In this document: positions 59,111-64,000 of the stretch, in pieces
Position numbering within the stretch: the stretch's first letter is position 1
How the letters are laid out: each line of letters begins with the position of its first letter
Assembly: GCA_009914755.4 (NCBI GenBank)
Contig: CP086569.2
Location: 12,608,001 to 12,672,000, forward strand
DNA from: the human T2T-CHM13v2.0 reference genome, Homo sapiens
DNA: 64,000 bases
Direction: 5' to 3'
Notes under the pieces: generated by a model
What the model was told of the DNA's origin: nothing
Database searches by the model: none
What the model saw: only the letters and a program-made list of their open reading frames with translations
Made by a program: the position numbers and the translations under genes

Positions 59111-59824
59111 AGAACTTGCCAAATATCCAAGCCCCAAAAACCGCACCTGCTGCAATCCCCAAAAGAATAGCATGGGATCATCAGGAGGCAGTGACCAGAA
59201 TCCAGAGTCCATCAGATGAACAGCTAATGCCCATAAGTTTCATACATCCTCGGTGGGGGTAGCCATCTCTCCTGGGCCATTGATGATCTCTGACTATTCA
59301 CTTTATTCCTGAAGCAACGCTTCTCAAAATTTAACGTGCATTAGGGTCCAATGGGGAGCTTTTTAGACTTGCCATTCTCAAAGTTCTGTGGACTCTGAGG
59401 CAGGAGGTTTGAGAACCCTACCTTGGAGATATTGTCCTAAAACATAACTAGGTCAACCCTTGCCCCTCACTGTCACATGATTAGACTCAGGAGTTTGTCT
59501 GGGTTAATCTCTAAATTAAGAGTCTCTTAGAAGAGAAACCAAGGTTCCAACCTCAAGTGTAGCCATGAGAGAATGTTGCACCAAACCCAAAAGCCATGTG
59601 GCAGCAGGCGCAAAAACCTGGTGCTGTTTTACTCTATGGCACCAGAGTGCCATTAAGTGGCCTTATCACTGGCTATATATCATATAGGCAGGCCAAAGGC
59701 TAAGCTTCTCTATTCAGTCATAATCTGTGTTGCTATGGGATGCTTATGAATAATTGCTGATCCAGAGGAGTCTAAATTCTCTCTTTCAGGATGAGATATA
59801 AGGGTTGCAAAAACTATTTTACTT

Positions 59825-60139
59825 TTTTGTTTGTTTGTTTTGTTTTGTTTGTTTGTTTGAGACAGAGTCTCGTTCTGTAGCCCAAGCTGGAGTTGCAGTG
59901 GCATGATCTTGGCTCACTGCAACCTCTGCCACCCAGGTTCAAGACGTTCTCTTGCCTCGGCCTCCCAAGTAGCTGAGATTACAGGCACCTGCCACCGTGC
60001 CTGGCTAATTTTTGTATTTTTAGTAGAGACGGGGTTTCACCATATTGGTCAGGCTGATCTTCAACTCCTGACCTCATGATCCACCCGCCTCGGCCTTCCG
60101 GAGTGCTGGGATTACAGGTGTGAGCCACCGCGTCCGGCC
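59825..60139 (-). mobile_element. Alu SINE, full length, minus orientation, AluS/Y-like with intact CpGs, flanked by a ~15-bp target-site duplication
   Basis: A poly-T/(GTTT)n head is followed by 'gagacagagtctcgttctgtagcccaagctggagtgcagtgg...' and ends with '...ggattacaggtgtgagccaccgcgtccggcc'. The duplication 'actattttactttt' occurs at 59807-59823 and again at 60142-60156. Confidence 0.95.
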
Positions 60140-61869
60140 AGGACTATTTTACTTTTTACCTTATAAGCTTTATCTTCAAACACTTTAAATTGAGGAATGA
60201 AAAATAATCCAGTAAAAGATAAGTCAGGAGGTTATGGCCACACTTTACCCAATATATCCCACACATGAAAGTATTGATTTTTTCCTGTCTTATTACACTG
60301 TCCGAGGTGATAGAGAATAAGATCATTTTAGGGCAATTATAATAAGAAGAATGCATTACTAATCATGAAGCATCATATCTCTTATTCATCAAATTAAGTA
60401 ATGCATTCAGCCACTTCATTTCCTAGACATTTACATAAACAGTAAAGGAGGAAGGTGCTTTTCATGCAGCCAAGGCATACCTCAATTCATAACAATATTT
60501 TTGAACTCTTCTTGTGTTTTTCTGCCTGAGCTAGGCCTATAGACTCATGACCTCAAGAAGCTATGTCTTTGTTTTAAAACTATAAATGTGGCATTTATTT
60601 CTCTCCACTGTCAAAAACAAAGAAGATGCACAGGCTCTAAAAATGGTAACATTGAATAATTGATTTCTTGCTTAATTGATGAAAACATTTTCTTTAAACT
60701 TGGAGAAGAAATTAAATGGTTGTAGTAGATAAGAGAAACTAGGCATACACTTAATAAATGTGCTAATGAACGCTTTAGATACAGGGATAAAGGCCCAAAT
60801 TCAGAGTTGGTTAGACAATCATAAAAACAGAAATAAGAATAGAGTTGGTTCTTTAATTACCTAACATTGGCTTTTGCATTTCACTACAAGTTTTCATTCA
60901 GCATTTCTTTTCTAAGGTGCAATTCGCTAAATAATGTGATATTAATTAGTCACAGTGATAGCCCAGGGAGTGAATTTCCATTTCCTCATTATCAAGCTAG
61001 TGCTATCTCCTATGGGCAGTAAGTCATCAACCCCAACATATCATTAGCTTCATCATTTTAGCAAATCAGTTCTGGCTAATAGCTTAAAATTGGTTAAATG
61101 GGATGTTCTTTGACATGCAGCCCTGGGAGTGATGAGAAAATAATGGGTCTCTTCTTTAGGCAGAAGAATAATTAGTAATAAGGAGGTGCCCAAGTTCAAT
61201 TAATTAATGATTTTCCAACACAGTGAATGATGCTTTAGAATAGAGAGTCTAGTTCAGGATTGATCTGTAGCAAAATGAATAAGCAAACCAAAGCAGAAGG
61301 ATACTCATTAGCTGTTTGTTTTTTTCTGTTTAGTCCAACCCCAAGGCATTTGTCAATCAAAAATCTTCCCTACCAGAGAAAGCAAGAATTAAAATGCTCT
61401 CTGGCTAAAGAGATGGGTCTTTAGACCTTTATAGAGTTTGCAAATTACACAGATTTATTACTACAAATATTTTATCAATAAAATCCACCCTATAAATACT
61501 GTATCAAGAGGCATCCTAACCAATTTGAAACACTTGGTTGGGGATTTTTGTGTGTGGGTTAGCTGGCAAAGAAGTTGACTTCCATATATACTTCCCCAGT
61601 TAAGGGTATTCCCATCACCAAGACCATGACAGCTGACTTAGTAAAAGGCAAGAGTTGACCATAGAAACCGGATCACTCTTCATCTGAGCATCTCAGCGTC
61701 ACCAGTTTCTTTGTGTGTGTGTAGATATGGCCTCCTTATTTTCTACAAAGGAGAAAAGTAGGCAGAAGGAGCTGTTTTGAAGATAAAGATTAATGGTATT
61801 TATGGCAAATATTGGGACTTCTTGGAAGAAAGATGCTATGGGCCAGTTGTCCTGAAGCCTGGCTCATTG

Positions 61870-62060
61870 TTAAGAGCATCTGAGAGCTTCTTACAAATAA
61901 ATTCTCTAGCCCATAGCTTCTCAGACTTTAATGTGTATAACAACCCCAGGGGACTTTTATTAAGCTTCAGATTCTGCTTATTTAGGTTTCGGTTGGAGCT
62001 TTTGATTCTGCATTTCTGACAAGCTCCCAAGTGATGCTGATGCACTGGCCCCATGGTTTA
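61870..62060. mobile_element. Possible ancient DNA-transposon (MER/hAT-like) fragment, very tentative
   Basis: The strings 'gattctgcttatttaggtttcggttggagcttttgattctgcatttctgacaagctcccaagtgatgctgatgcactggccccatggtttaggaatcact' resemble a widespread old mammalian repeat motif ('...ctgcatttctaacaagctcccaggtgatgctgatgctgctggtcc...'). This rests on memory only. Confidence 0.3.
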
Positions 62061-62484
62061 GGAATCACTATGGTAAGCCTTGTTTTGAAATACAATCATT
62101 CTTGTGAAAGTGCTTTGTAAATGGTAATGCATTACCTTAATTGAAGTATTATAATAAACAGGGATTGTGTTACTAAGATAACCATATTACAGTTCATTTT
62201 AGATATGATGTAATATGCGTAATATGGCCCTCAAAATGTTTTCTGTTTTCTCTTAATTTGTTAGTTTTTTAAAATCCAATCTATTAGCAAATTCTGTCAA
62301 GGTTACTTTCTGTGACCTACTCCTTTGATTCAGCATCAACTTTGTAAGATTCATTCCTGTTGTGCAGAGCTACAGTTCATTCACAGAAAAATTACATTTT
62401 GATATAAAAACATTAATTTAAATCTCATAATATCACACCCTACACAAACATAAACTCTAGATTGATTTTTTGAAACAAAACGTG

Positions 62485-62817
<333 letters not shown>

Positions 62818-64000
62818 TCAAAAATATAGAAGAATGTATTTATAGCTCCAAAATAGGGAAGGATTTCTTAACAAGCCCAGAAAGCACAAATTACAAGGAT
62901 ACCACTGTTGGAATTGATCGTACAGCAATTTAAATTGTCAGCTATGATTTAAGAAAAATAAAGTTGAGACAAGTGACAATAGTTGCAGTATATATGGCAA
63001 AGATTAGTAACTAAAATTCACAAAGAACTCTTAAAACTTATAAGAAAATGATGAATGATACAATAGAAAAATGGTTTTGAAGAACAGGTAAGTCACATAG
63101 GAAAAAAAAAAACAAATTGCTAATCAACAGCCAAAGGAGCTCAACCACACTTGGGTAATCAGGAAAAAAAAAAGTGAGAACATTAAGCTACCATTTCATA
63201 CTCATTTGATTGGCAACAATTTTAGTCTAATGATACAAAGTGTTGGTAACAACATCCTTGTTAATGGTGTGGCTGTAAATTAGGAATATTATTTTGGAGA
63301 TCAATCTTGCAATGTCTAGTAAAGTTATGTTACTTTCTACTCCGCTGTTCTACTTCTAGATAGGAAGACTTGTAAATGATTGTTCATTGCAATATTATTT
63401 GTATTTAAAAAAAAGGTAAGGACCACTATAGTGACCAAAAAAGAACTTATTTACTTGCAAAATAAGAGAAGACAGGTAAATCAAGAAACTGAGTATTTCT
63501 CTGGTGGGGGTAGGGAGGCTAATTACAAACTGAAGCTTGCACCCTGGATAAGGTACAATGACTACATATCTATGCAGAGTTGATTAAAATAAATTAGTAG
63601 TAAATGTTGAAAGAGAAAAACATCGTTCAGTATCTGAAACCAAGAAGCAGACAGCTAGGCTGGTCAAATAGCTCATTAAACAAACTTCTCATCTCATAGG
63701 GAAAGTTCTTTGGGAAGAGTTCACGTTGAGTAGTAATGGTTACAGAAGCAGGACTGGGTTGGTGGTAGTCTAAGAAGCATGGATTGTGTTGGCTACAGAA
63801 GCATGCCTTTTGTTAGTTACAGATATGGGAGTATACGTCGGCCTTAGCAGCATATTAACTGGAGTGAATCTGATGCCGATTCGTAGACTTTCAAAGCATG
63901 AGGCTGTCACTGATTGGCAGCTTTCAGAGGCTGTATTCACTGAAGTGAGTTGCCATTGATTTAATAAAGATATTTAAAAACAATGCTGCTGTTTATTTAA

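Overview
This window is primate, most likely human, pericentromeric DNA. It is not a prokaryotic or gene-dense locus. Positions 1 to about 48468 (76% of the window) are one uninterrupted, single-orientation array of Human Satellite III (HSat3): (GGAAT)n on the + strand, CATTC on the - strand. Every ORF in the six-frame track across this stretch is a translation artefact of the pentamer, giving MEWNG/WNGME-type peptides on + and IPFHS-type peptides on -. The array is not homogeneous. A diverged ~250-bp non-pentameric block and a GATATC (EcoRV site)-containing motif each recur roughly every 1 kb and tend to alternate, which suggests a loose ~1-kb higher-order organisation. There are also short runs of variant pentamers (GGGAT, GGAGT, GGAAC) and one near-identical local ~250-bp x2.6 tandem duplication. 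At about 48468 the satellite stops abruptly. The remaining ~15.5 kb is ordinary repeat-rich flanking sequence: three full-length Alus, two of them with recognisable target-site duplications; an Alu right-arm fragment; two L1 3' fragments abutting head-to-head in inverted orientation; two fragments I tentatively assign to MaLR (MLT1-like) LTRs; and an AT-rich ~550-bp minisatellite. I see no credible protein-coding gene, RNA gene, CRISPR array or defence/biosynthetic system. The most interesting structural points are the sharp satellite/non-satellite junction, the internal periodicity of the HSat3 array, and the inverted L1 pair with ~0.9-kb arms.
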